A DNA stretch of 24,000 bases from Anaeromonas frigoriresistens (GTDB lineage Bacteria; Bacillota; Clostridia; Tissierellales; SIT17): NCBI RefSeq assembly GCF_016820655.1, contig NZ_WSFT01000037.1, forward strand, positions 1 to 24,000, given 5' to 3'. This document shows, in pieces, positions 15,743 through 23,660 of the stretch. Below the pieces are notes generated by a model. It had not been told where the DNA came from and ran no database searches. It worked only from the letters and a program-made list of their open reading frames with translations. Position 1 is the first letter of the stretch. The number at the start of each line of letters is the position of its first letter. Both the position numbers and the translations under genes were made by a program.

Positions 15743-15777
15743 AATATATAAACATTTTATAATATTGTTTATATATT
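15743..15777. promoter_or_regulatory. Perfect 12-bp inverted repeat with 11-bp spacer (candidate operator) in a divergent promoter region
   Basis: AATATATAAACA-TTTTATAATAT-TGTTTATATATT. The spacer contains TATAAT. The element lies 21 bp upstream of the HTH-DUF2087 start codon. Confidence 0.45.
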
Positions 15778-15851
15778 TGCAATATATTTATTGTGATAAA
15801 GGTCGAAATATTCTGATATAATATAGTAAATGGAAATAAAGGGGAGATTGG

Positions 15852-16322
15852 ATGCTTAAATTAATTATAATGAACAATGAAGAATTTGATAACTATATGG
15901 AGAACTCTATTGTTCATTATGCGAAAGAATTAGTTAATTCTGGAGCTTATAAAGAGGAGGATTCATTAAAGGTATCTAAAGAGACTTTTAATAGATTCTT
16001 ACCTGATGCACTAAATACAAAAAGACATAATATAATGAATATATTAAATGAACATGGTGAGAAAATAGGTATGATTTGGTATGGTCCTAAAGGAAATCAA
16101 GATAGTGATGAGGCATTTATATATGACTTTTCTATCTCTGAAGATTTTAGAGGTAAAGGATATGGTAAAGAATGTCTGAGCTTTATTGAGGATGAAGCAA
16201 AAAATAATAATTTCAATAAAATATCCTTACATGTTTTTGGTCACAATAAAAGAGCAATAGGATTATATAAAAAAATGGGATATGAGCCCTTTAGTATGCA
16301 TATGTCAAAGGAAATAAAATAA
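15852..16322 (+). CDS. GNAT-family N-acetyltransferase
   Basis: 156 aa. Acetyl-CoA motif A FRGKGYGKECLSFIEDEA and the C-terminus AIGLYKKMGYEP. SD AAAGGGGAG. Confidence 0.85.
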   Translation: MLKLIIMNNEEFDNYMENSIVHYAKELVNSGAYKEEDSLKVSKETFNRFLPDALNTKRHNIMNILNEHGEKIGMIWYGPKGNQDSDEAFIYDFSISEDFRGKGYGKECLSFIEDEAKNNNFNKISLHVFGHNKRAIGLYKKMGYEPFSMHMSKEIK

Positions 16323-16343
16323 AGATAGGGGACCCCTATCTTT
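16321..16343. terminator. Bidirectional terminator hairpin between convergent GNAT and flavodoxin-like genes
   Basis: AAAGATAGGGG-A-CCCCTATCTTT, followed by ATTTTATTT. Confidence 0.6.
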
Positions 16344-16346
16344 ATT

Positions 16347-16793
16347 TTATTTAGATGAATTTATTATTTCTTCTATGACCCTTTCTTCATTTTTTTCATG
16401 TTTTACTATGCCATAGTTTTCTTTGAACTTTCCATGCTTATTCTCATATTTATTAATAGCTTTCTCTACATTACTTCCATCACATGTAATCACTAGCTTA
16501 ACCTGATTTGAAGGTACTCCTTTCAAAAACGTTCTAATTGCCGGCGCTGGTCCTCCTGCCCATAGAGGGGATAACACTATATATTCTTCAGATCTATCTA
16601 TTTCCCCATTAATCTTAATACTAACTTCTTTACCTATTGTGGCATAAAAACCACCTTTGATAAATCCTAGTATTCCCTGCCAGCTTTTATTATCAGTTAC
16701 TTCTATAGCTTTAGTATCTAGTCCATTAGCTACTTTTTCCGCTACTCTTTTACTTACACCTGTCCTTGAGAAATACACTATGTTATATCCCAT
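16347..16793 (-). CDS. Flavodoxin-like protein
   Basis: 148 aa. N-terminal FMN-phosphate loop IVYFSRTGVSKRVAEKV. SD AAGGAG. Upstream promoter TTGTAT-17 nt-TATAAT on the minus strand around 16830-16860. Confidence 0.7.
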   Translation of the reverse strand: MGYNIVYFSRTGVSKRVAEKVANGLDTKAIEVTDNKSWQGILGFIKGGFYATIGKEVSIKINGEIDRSEEYIVLSPLWAGGPAPAIRTFLKGVPSNQVKLVITCDGSNVEKAINKYENKHGKFKENYGIVKHEKNEERVIEEIINSSK

Positions 16794-16887
16794 AACATCA
16801 TCTCCTTATTATTTCTTAAGAGTCTTTCTATATACTTATAATTAATTATAGGCATATTTTGTTAAATATACAACAAGATTAAAGAGA

Positions 16888-17436
16888 TTATTTTTTAAAA
16901 CAGGAGTTTATATGATCGTTTATAACTCCTATTGCTTGTAAATGAGCGTATATCGTAACTGACCCTACAAATTTAAAACCCTTCTTTTTTAAATCTTTGC
17001 TTACTCTATCTGATAAATCAGATTTAGGTGGAACTTCAGATATATTATCATAATTATTCATTATAACTTCATTATCAGAAAATCCCCATATGTATTTATC
17101 AAAGCTCCCATATTCCTTTTGAATTTCCATAAACCTATTAGCATTATTTATTGTTGCTTCAATTTTTCTTCTATATCGTATAATTCCTTCATTATTGAGC
17201 AATTCTTGTATTTTATTTTCATCATAGGTAGAAATCTTTTCATAATCAAAATCATCAAAAGCCTTTCTAAAATTCTCTCTTTTTCTTAGTATTGTTATCC
17301 AACTAAGTCCTGCCTGCATTGATTCTAACATTAAAAATTCAAAGTGCTTTCTATCATCATGAACTGGTACTCCCCATTCTTCATCATGATATTTTATATA
17401 TAGGTCATCCCCTTTACACCAGTCACATCTATTCAT
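16888..17436 (-). CDS. tag: DNA-3-methyladenine glycosylase I
   Basis: The track ORF starts at 17460, but AAAGGAGG sits 7 nt before the ATG at 17436 (MNRCDWCKGDDLYIKYHDEEWGVPVHDD...). Tag signature: Zn-binding Cys/His, HDxEWG, and LESMQAGLSW. Confidence 0.9.
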   Translation of the reverse strand: MNRCDWCKGDDLYIKYHDEEWGVPVHDDRKHFEFLMLESMQAGLSWITILRKRENFRKAFDDFDYEKISTYDENKIQELLNNEGIIRYRRKIEATINNANRFMEIQKEYGSFDKYIWGFSDNEVIMNNYDNISEVPPKSDLSDRVSKDLKKKGFKFVGSVTIYAHLQAIGVINDHINSCFKK

Positions 17437-17550
17437 ACAAATACCTCCTTTTCTTTTCATCTTATATTATATAACTTTCTCAACACTAATCCATTATCCT
17501 CGGAATAAAATATATAGTAATATATCTTTTATATGAAAGGAGTCTCAATT

Positions 17551-18207
17551 ATGGAATATACAATGATACCATCGGGACAGCATCAGCTACCCCCGTTACC
17601 ATACTCATATAATGCTTTAGAGCCTATAATTTCTGAAGAAACCTTAAGGTTACATCATGATAAGCACCATAAAGGATACGTGGATAGCCTAAATAATGCC
17701 GAAGTTAATCTAGTAGAGTCACGACAAAATAATGCTTATGAATATATAAAATACTGGGAAAATGAATTAGCTTTTAATGGTTCAGGACATATTTTACACA
17801 GTATTTACTGGTCTATCATGGCACCTATCGGTATGAGAGGAGAGCCTGGACTTTATACAATGGATGAGATAAATAAGTACTTTGGTAACTTTGAGAATTT
17901 TAAAGAACAATTCATCAATGCTACTGCAAAAGTAGAGGGTTCAGGCTGGGGTATACTCACTTGGCAACCTACTTGGAATCACCTGGAAATATTGCAGGCA
18001 GAAAAACATCAGAACCTGACTCAGTGGAGCGGGATTCCTATCCTGGTATGTGATGTATGGGAGCATGCATATTATTTAGACTATCAGAACAAAAGAAAAG
18101 AATATATTAATGAATGGTGGGACTTGATTAATTGGTATGAAGTCGAAAGAAGACTTTATTTAGCTATGATGGGTCAAGTGCCTATGACTTCCATGAGTTT
18201 CTGTTAA
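17551..18207 (+). CDS. Superoxide dismutase, Fe/Mn family
   Basis: AAAGGAG sits 8 nt before the ATG at 17551 (the track start at 17533 lacks an SD). Motifs LPPLPYSYNALEP, HHDKHH, and DVWEHAYYLDYQNKR. The second-sphere region reads FNGSGHILHS / LQAEKHQN, so I do not assign metal specificity. Confidence 0.9.
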   Translation: MEYTMIPSGQHQLPPLPYSYNALEPIISEETLRLHHDKHHKGYVDSLNNAEVNLVESRQNNAYEYIKYWENELAFNGSGHILHSIYWSIMAPIGMRGEPGLYTMDEINKYFGNFENFKEQFINATAKVEGSGWGILTWQPTWNHLEILQAEKHQNLTQWSGIPILVCDVWEHAYYLDYQNKRKEYINEWWDLINWYEVERRLYLAMMGQVPMTSMSFC

Positions 18208-18214
18208 ATGAAAG

Positions 18215-18242
18215 AAAGAGGCAGAATAAATTCTGCCTCTTT
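18215..18242. terminator. Bidirectional terminator between SOD and the convergent membrane-protein gene
   Basis: AAAGAGGCAGAAT-AA-ATTCTGCCTCTTT. Arms are 13 bp and perfect; the 2-nt centre implies the innermost pairs open. Confidence 0.65.
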
Positions 18243-18246
18243 AATA

Positions 18247-18744
18247 TTATATTTGCTTTTTTATTAATGGATAAAGAATTAAAGCTAGAGCTCCTCCGAT
18301 CAATGCAGTAAATAACTGTGGTAGAGAAAAGGCAGTAATTATTGGTGAAGGTATTTTAGGCATGAAATAGGGCAATATCATCCTAACTGCCATAGCTAAA
18401 AAACCAAATTTAATAAAGGAAGATATTATTATAGCACTCCAGTCTTTCCCTTTAAAATTCATCTTATTATGTATTAAGTAAAATACTACAACTAACACTA
18501 TATTTCCAGTAATAATTATTGGTATTATTGGAAGTATTCTAATTATACCCACCATAAAGGCAATCATAGGAGTCATTGTTCCAATAAAAATACCAGAAAT
18601 AGGTCCTGAGATTAAAGTAGCTAGGATCAAAGTCATATTAACTAAAGGTCCTACTAAAGGTTGAGCAAATTCTCTAAACCCTATCTGAAATATAAGAGCT
18701 AATGATAATAGAAGTGCTGTTCTAACTAGTTTTTTAGTATCCAT
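18247..18744 (-). CDS. Small polytopic membrane protein, ECF-transporter S-component-like
   Basis: CAGGAGGA precedes the ATG at 18744 (MDTKKLVRTALLLSLALIFQ...). About 165 aa with 5-6 TM helices, an architecture typical of ECF substrate-capture subunits. The window contains no EcfA/EcfT genes and no riboswitch-sized leader. Confidence 0.5.
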   Translation of the reverse strand: MDTKKLVRTALLLSLALIFQIGFREFAQPLVGPLVNMTLILATLISGPISGIFIGTMTPMIAFMVGIIRILPIIPIIITGNIVLVVVFYLIHNKMNFKGKDWSAIIISSFIKFGFLAMAVRMILPYFMPKIPSPIITAFSLPQLFTALIGGALALILYPLIKKQI

Positions 18745-18796
18745 TATGAATCCTCCTGTAATAAATATCACTACTACAATTATTATATAATAAATG

Positions 18797-19699
18797 CTAT
18801 AGAGTTTTCCATTTTATTATTATTTTAAGGTTTCCTTCATTAAGTTCTGCTGAGATACTATGTCCCATCTGTTCCACTAATTGTTTAGTTATGGCAAGGC
18901 CTAACCCTGAGCTATTATCACTTCGGGTTTTATTTGCAGTGAAAAACCTATCAAACAGTCTAGATATATGATCTTTTTCTAAATCTTCAGCATCATTTTC
19001 AAAGCTCATTAAAATATAATTATCCTTTTGTTTTAATTCTATTTTCACAAAGCTATTACCGTATTTAATCATATTCTGAATTAGGTTAGAAATAATTCTC
19101 CTAACTGCTTTCTCATCTGCAATGGTAGATTCTAAATTATTGTCTATCTCTATAATTGGCTCTATACCTTTTTCTATAAAATCATTATAAAAGGAAGCTA
19201 TTATATCTGAAGTTACTATAGGTAGTTTTATAGACTTTAATTGAAATTGGTATTCTTTTCCTTCTAGTCTAGAGAATTCATAAAAACTTGATATAAGAAT
19301 TTCTAGAGATTTAGCTCTTCTTTTTATAATATCAACATATCTTTTTTTGTCATCATCAGATAAGTTATCATCTTCTATAAGCTGAATATATCCCATTATT
19401 GATGTCAAGGGTGTCCTTAAATCATGAGACATGTTGGCAATAGCTTGTTTAAGCTCTAAATCCACTTTTTTATATTCACTTTTCATTTCTTGTTTTTCTA
19501 CTAAAGTTCTATTTATCTCTGTAACTAATTCTTGTAATATCTTATCAGTAGAAGAAAGCTGTATTTTAGAATTCGTATCTATTTTATTTATTCTCTTTAA
19601 TTGATTAGTTGTATTTTTAATTTCCTTCTTTAAAAATACATAAAGGGTGAAAAGTATACCTATTATAATAATAAGAAAAACAATTATTAAGTTTTGCAT
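18797..19699 (-). CDS. Sensor histidine kinase (HisKA/HATPase_c) with a single N-terminal TM helix and no extracytoplasmic domain
   Basis: H-box MSHDLRTPLTSIMGY, N-box ISNLIQNMIKYG, G-box SGLGLAITKQLVEQMG. The track start at 19708 is a GTG inside the SD. AAGGAGG lies 9 nt before the ATG at 19699 (MQNLIIVFLIIIIGILFTLYVFL). Confidence 0.85.
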   Translation of the reverse strand: MQNLIIVFLIIIIGILFTLYVFLKKEIKNTTNQLKRINKIDTNSKIQLSSTDKILQELVTEINRTLVEKQEMKSEYKKVDLELKQAIANMSHDLRTPLTSIMGYIQLIEDDNLSDDDKKRYVDIIKRRAKSLEILISSFYEFSRLEGKEYQFQLKSIKLPIVTSDIIASFYNDFIEKGIEPIIEIDNNLESTIADEKAVRRIISNLIQNMIKYGNSFVKIELKQKDNYILMSFENDAEDLEKDHISRLFDRFFTANKTRSDNSSGLGLAITKQLVEQMGHSISAELNEGNLKIIIKWKTL

Positions 19700-19720
19700 A
19701 TTTTCCACCCTCCTTATATT

Positions 19721-20473
19721 CTATTTAACTTCTTTCTTGCTAAAGTATATCATACTTGAAATACTAAATACCACTACATAGGATAATCCTACTAATACTG
19801 CAAACCTTATTTCAGAATTAGTCAAAGTCTTCGATACAAGAACAGTTAATTGACTAGTTAATAAGATATCAAAGGCATATTGAAATTTATCCCATACAAA
19901 GTGGGTTAATAGATTTAATACTTGACCTAAGAATAGAAATAACCCTGCGTATAAAAATCCAAAAATAGTATTTTTGTTCATTACTAAGGCTAAGAATGTT
20001 CCTAGGGTAATAGCTCCCATCCATAGGGTAGAGGCAGCAAGTAATCTTATACTAAAATCTTGGAATAAATCTATATTTACATTCTCATCTATTCCGAATA
20101 TTATGGATCCACTTCCAAAGAATACTGTTAAGATAATTATAGCTGATAGAATAGCTAGAACTGCTGTCACTATTAGTTTTGAAATAACTATTTTATTTCT
20201 AGAAATACCAAAGGACATAGCATTCTTTAAGGTTAGATTTTTTTGTTCCTCCGCCGTTACTAAGTCAATGAATATCAATACTAAAAATAAAGGCATGGTT
20301 AGCATTCCGATACCAATTTCAAATAAAGTGGATACTCCTATAATTTCCATCCCTGGAGTAACCTTTAAAGCTATATTTAATACTATAGTTAATACAGAAG
20401 TAATAACAACAAAATTCCAAAAAGCCATTCTATTAAAATTCCTATAAGCTTCAGCTCTCATATAATTAAGCAT
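19721..20473 (-). CDS. ABC-2-type permease (6 TM)
   Basis: About 250 aa, hydrophobic. GGAGG is 8 nt from the ATG at 20473 and only 2 nt from the ATG at 20479. The gene overlaps the ATPase stop, which suggests translational coupling. Confidence 0.75.
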   Translation of the reverse strand: MLNYMRAEAYRNFNRMAFWNFVVITSVLTIVLNIALKVTPGMEIIGVSTLFEIGIGMLTMPLFLVLIFIDLVTAEEQKNLTLKNAMSFGISRNKIVISKLIVTAVLAILSAIIILTVFFGSGSIIFGIDENVNIDLFQDFSIRLLAASTLWMGAITLGTFLALVMNKNTIFGFLYAGLFLFLGQVLNLLTHFVWDKFQYAFDILLTSQLTVLVSKTLTNSEIRFAVLVGLSYVVVFSISSMIYFSKKEVK

Positions 20474-21389
20474 TCCCATTACCTCCTACTCTCTTAATAA
20501 AGTAATTCTCAAGACTTTCTCCAACTTGATGGGCTGAATAAAGTATTATGTTATTATCTACTAAAGTTTTTATAACTACTTCAGGTGTATCAATTAACTC
20601 ATATAATCTAATTTCATTTTTATCTCTAACCTCATAATCAGTACAATTTAATTCTTCTTCAATTACTACAGAAGTTTTCTTTGCATCCTTTACCTTTAAC
20701 GCTAAGGAACGTCTGCATTTTTCTTCTATTTCTTTAGAAGATAATTGTTCAATTAAATCACCATTATTTAAGAACCCATATTTAGTTGCGATCTGAGATA
20801 ATTCTCCTAATATATGACTAGAAATGATTATAGTTATATTTTTTTCTTTATTAAGTTTAAGAAGTAACTCTCTAATTTCTACTATCCCTGTAGGATCAAG
20901 ACCATTAATAGGTTCGTCTAATATTAATAAATCTGGGCTTCCTAATATAGCTGCAGCTAATCCTAACCTCTGTTTCATTCCCATTGAAAAGTTCTTAAAC
21001 TTCTTTTTACCAGTATCACTAAGTCCTACTAACTTAAGGGCTTCATCAATAACATCCTTACCGACAATACCTCTTTGAATTCTAAAATATTCTAGGTTTT
21101 TTCTAGCAGATAAATATGGGAAAAAACTTGGAGTTTCTACAATAGCCCCGGTTCTCTTTCTTACTTCGTTTAATCCTTCATTAGAAGTCTCTCCAAAAAG
21201 TTGAATCTCTCCCTTTGTAGGTAAAGTTAAGCCTGTTATCATTTTTAATAATGTAGTTTTCCCTGCTCCATTTTTTCCAATAAGTCCATATATATCCCCT
21301 GACTTAATTTCTATATTGACATTATTCACAGCCAGTTGATTTCCATATTTTTTTACTAAGTTGTTAGTTTTCAGTATAGTTTCAGACAT
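20466..21389 (-). CDS. ABC transporter ATP-binding protein
   Basis: Walker A GKNGAGKTT, signature FSMGMKQRLGLA, Walker B LLILDEP, H-loop SSHIL. SD AAGGAGG. Confidence 0.9.
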   Translation of the reverse strand: MSETILKTNNLVKKYGNQLAVNNVNIEIKSGDIYGLIGKNGAGKTTLLKMITGLTLPTKGEIQLFGETSNEGLNEVRKRTGAIVETPSFFPYLSARKNLEYFRIQRGIVGKDVIDEALKLVGLSDTGKKKFKNFSMGMKQRLGLAAAILGSPDLLILDEPINGLDPTGIVEIRELLLKLNKEKNITIIISSHILGELSQIATKYGFLNNGDLIEQLSSKEIEEKCRRSLALKVKDAKKTSVVIEEELNCTDYEVRDKNEIRLYELIDTPEVVIKTLVDNNIILYSAHQVGESLENYFIKRVGGNGNA

Positions 21390-21432
21390 TTTTAATAACC
21401 TCCTTTTCTTTTATACTTATATTGTAGATTAG

Positions 21433-21475
21433 AATATAAAAGAAAATATAAAGAAAAACTTAAGAAAGTCTTAAG
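21433..21475 (-). promoter_or_regulatory. Two sets of ~11-bp-phased direct repeats upstream of the ABC genes (candidate response-regulator boxes)
   Basis: CTTAAG at 21459-21464 and 21470-21475 (11-bp phasing; the second overlaps the RR stop codon). Tandem AATATAAAAGAA / AATATAAAGAA at 21433-21455. A TATAAG -10-like hexamer lies further downstream on the gene strand. Confidence 0.35.
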
Positions 21476-22172
21476 TTTTATCGTTCATCTTGAATCCAAT
21501 TCCCCAAACTGTATGAATGTATTCTGTATCAGGATCAGCTTTTGCTAGTTTTGACCTTAAATTACTCATATGTACATTAACCGTATTGTCATCTCCTAGA
21601 TATTCTGAATCCCACACTGATTCAAATAAGTTTGCCTTTGTAAATACTTTATTGGGATGACTCATCATTATCTTTAATAGTTTAAATTCTCTTGCAGTGA
21701 CTGCTATAGCTTGACCTTTCACTTCTACCTCAAAGGTCTCTGTATTTAAAACTAAATTTTTATGTTTGAATATGTTTGAATTATTATCTCCATTAGAGAA
21801 TATTAAATATCTTCTTAACTGAGACTCTACTCTTGCAACAACTTCTTCTATATCAAAGGGCTTTGATATGAAATCATCGGCTCCTAATCTTAATACTTCT
21901 ACTTTAATATCCTGTCCTGGTTTTGCAGAGATGACTAGAATTGGTATTGTTTTAACATTTCTAATGTCTGAAATAAGTTCCTCTCCAGTAATACCAGGAA
22001 TCATTAAATCTAATAGGACGAGGTGATACTCCTGCTGTTCTAAGCAAAATTTAGCCTCAGATCCAGAGTAAGCACTTCTTACATTATATCCTTGTTTACT
22101 CAATATTTTATGTAATAAATTATTAATGTCTGCATCATCTTCAACTACTAATATATTGATATTATCCTTCAT
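21471..22172 (-). CDS. OmpR/PhoB-family response regulator
   Basis: Receiver domain ILVVEDDADI...VLLDLMIPGITG...ISAK. The winged-helix C-terminus ends ..IHTVWGIGFKM. SD AAAGGAG. Confidence 0.9.
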   Translation of the reverse strand: MKDNINILVVEDDADINNLLHKILSKQGYNVRSAYSGSEAKFCLEQQEYHLVLLDLMIPGITGEELISDIRNVKTIPILVISAKPGQDIKVEVLRLGADDFISKPFDIEEVVARVESQLRRYLIFSNGDNNSNIFKHKNLVLNTETFEVEVKGQAIAVTAREFKLLKIMMSHPNKVFTKANLFESVWDSEYLGDDNTVNVHMSNLRSKLAKADPDTEYIHTVWGIGFKMNDKT

Positions 22173-22237
22173 TATAAAAACTCCTTTTTAACTTTTCCTA
22201 ATTCTTTATTCAATATTATACAATAGTTTTCCTGCAT

Positions 22238-22270
22238 TAAATAGGGACAGAATATATTCTGTCCCTATTT
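22238..22270. repeat. Palindromic repeat copy 1 (32-bp perfect palindrome) in a divergent intergenic region
   Basis: AAATAGGGACAGAATA|TATTCTGTCCCTATTT at 22239-22270. The 29 bp TAAATAGGGACAGAATATATTCTGTCCCT (22238-22266) is identical to 22674-22702. Confidence 0.8.
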
Positions 22271-22338
22271 ATAATATTCTAAATAAAATCCCGATTTATT
22301 GAAATAATAAATAATAAATCTAAGGAATGTGTGATTAT

Positions 22339-22614
22339 ATGAAAAAAGATATCAATAATAACAAGTATAATAATTTAAAATTTACAGATATACTTGCAGT
22401 TGATAGAACAATTCTTGCCAATGAAAGAACTTTTTTAGCTTATATTAGAACTTCATTAAATGTTTTAGCAGCTGGTATATCTTTTATAAAACTTTTTAAA
22501 TTTTTACCAATTCAAATTTTAGGATATATCTTAGTCCCATTAGGACTAATTATCTTTATTATAGGGCTCTATAGATTCTTAAAAATCAATAAAAACATTC
22601 ATAAGAATGATTAA
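22339..22614 (+). CDS. DUF202 (YidH-like) small membrane protein
   Basis: Signature LAVDRTILANERTFLAYIRTSL followed by two TM helices. The start is ambiguous: ATG at 22327 (the AAGGA abuts the ATG with no spacer) or ATG at 22339 (12 nt spacing, preferred). Confidence 0.75.
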   Translation: MKKDINNNKYNNLKFTDILAVDRTILANERTFLAYIRTSLNVLAAGISFIKLFKFLPIQILGYILVPLGLIIFIIGLYRFLKINKNIHKND

Positions 22615-22673
22615 TATCTACTTTTCTTCTGTTTCTTCTGTTAATTCAATAATTTGATCAACGGTTATCCATT

Positions 22674-22702
22674 TAAATAGGGACAGAATATATTCTGTCC
22701 CT
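22674..22702. repeat. Palindromic repeat copy 2; plausible bidirectional terminator between convergent genes
   Basis: Identical 29 bp. Here the perfect palindrome is 24 bp (22679-22702), followed by TTAATTTATATTTTTATA on the plus strand. Confidence 0.75.
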
Positions 22703-22715
22703 TTAATTTATATTT

Positions 22716-23660
22716 TTATATATTAGTCTGAGGTTTAACTACTGCCCTAGCTTCTTTAACTATAAATATTATATATCTAAATAATACATATACCACCATA
22801 GTAGTAGCCCATATAGTTTCAAAATTAACTACATATTTAAGGAATGGAATACCTTTATCAATACTTAAAAGATATTTATCAGCCATAGTGATAGCAATAG
22901 CACTAATTACAAAAGGAAAGGTAAAAGCTGAATAACTAGGATAAAATTTTAGTCTTAGCATTTTTATCATTAAAATTAGACCATAAAGAGTCATAAGTAA
23001 AGATAAAGCTATTAAAAAAATAACCATTCCTAAATTCTTATCAGTAAAGGAACTCATATAACCTGCTAATAAAAGACTAGCAGGTGCTGCAAATATTATT
23101 GTTATCGGTTGAGCAGGTTCTGGTATTTCCTTAACAGCAAACACTCTATATAACACTAAAGGAATTAATGGTAAATAGACTATTAAACCATACCAAAAGA
23201 TTATTTGACCTAATTTTGTCATTCCATAAGCAGGAGCAGTAACACTACCTACTACAATTCCTACATATAAAACAAAATAACTAGCAAAAACTTTTTTTAT
23301 ATTAAAATTAAATATAAATCTTTTAGTAAAGTATACCACTAAACTTACATTTAATATCAATGCAAATATCCAAACTGCAAAGGCAAATTGACCTACATAG
23401 GGCTTTATATATGTAGATAAAATCATCATCCCCATAGGAAAAGTAGCTAATACTCCTGCAATCACTGGATTTTGTAAACCTTCTAAAATAACCTTAGGAA
23501 ATAAGAGTAATTTTAATACTAACATAATAAATATCAATCCCGAAATACTACCTAGTAATATACGAGATGATTGACTATAAGGAGCTATTAAATTTCCTAG
23601 GGCTGCTAGTCCAAGCATTAATCCACATATCGGTATAGGTAATTTTTTAATTAAAATCAT
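22716..23660 (-). CDS. TDT-family (TehA/Mae1/SLAC1-type) anion/dicarboxylate transporter
   Basis: 314 aa with about 10 TM helices. The N-terminus KKLPIPICGLMLGLAALGNL is typical of Firmicute TDT-family proteins. The ATG overlaps the upstream gene's stop by 4 nt. Confidence 0.8.
   Translation of the reverse strand: MILIKKLPIPICGLMLGLAALGNLIAPYSQSSRILLGSISGLIFIMLVLKLLLFPKVILEGLQNPVIAGVLATFPMGMMILSTYIKPYVGQFAFAVWIFALILNVSLVVYFTKRFIFNFNIKKVFASYFVLYVGIVVGSVTAPAYGMTKLGQIIFWYGLIVYLPLIPLVLYRVFAVKEIPEPAQPITIIFAAPASLLLAGYMSSFTDKNLGMVIFLIALSLLMTLYGLILMIKMLRLKFYPSYSAFTFPFVISAIAITMADKYLLSIDKGIPFLKYVVNFETIWATTMVVYVLFRYIIFIVKEARAVVKPQTNI

Noticed and set aside
16657-16845. 62-aa plus-strand ORF over the flavodoxin-like gene start
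   Set aside because: It is antisense to the flavodoxin N-terminal FMN loop and its promoter, with no SD.
17551-18207. SOD with a short C-terminal extension (..AMMGQVPMTSMSFC), flanked by Tag glycosylase and a flavodoxin-like gene; considered as a dedicated stress island
   Set aside because: The genes are on different strands with their own promoters and terminators. Each is a common housekeeping or stress function, and there is no sequence evidence of co-regulation or horizontal acquisition.
19974-21078. 157-aa and 84-aa plus-strand ORFs antisense to the ABC permease and ATPase
   Set aside because: They are shadow ORFs. The opposite strand carries Walker A/B and signature motifs and a coherent 6-TM permease.
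22615-22673. Minus-strand reading ..KWITVDQIIELTEETEEK* containing a tandem 9-bp repeat (TTCTTCTGT x2 at 22624-22641); considered as the 3' remnant of a decayed gene
   Set aside because: Only about 18 codons are open. There is no start codon or upstream continuation (stops occur within the palindrome), so it cannot be distinguished from chance.
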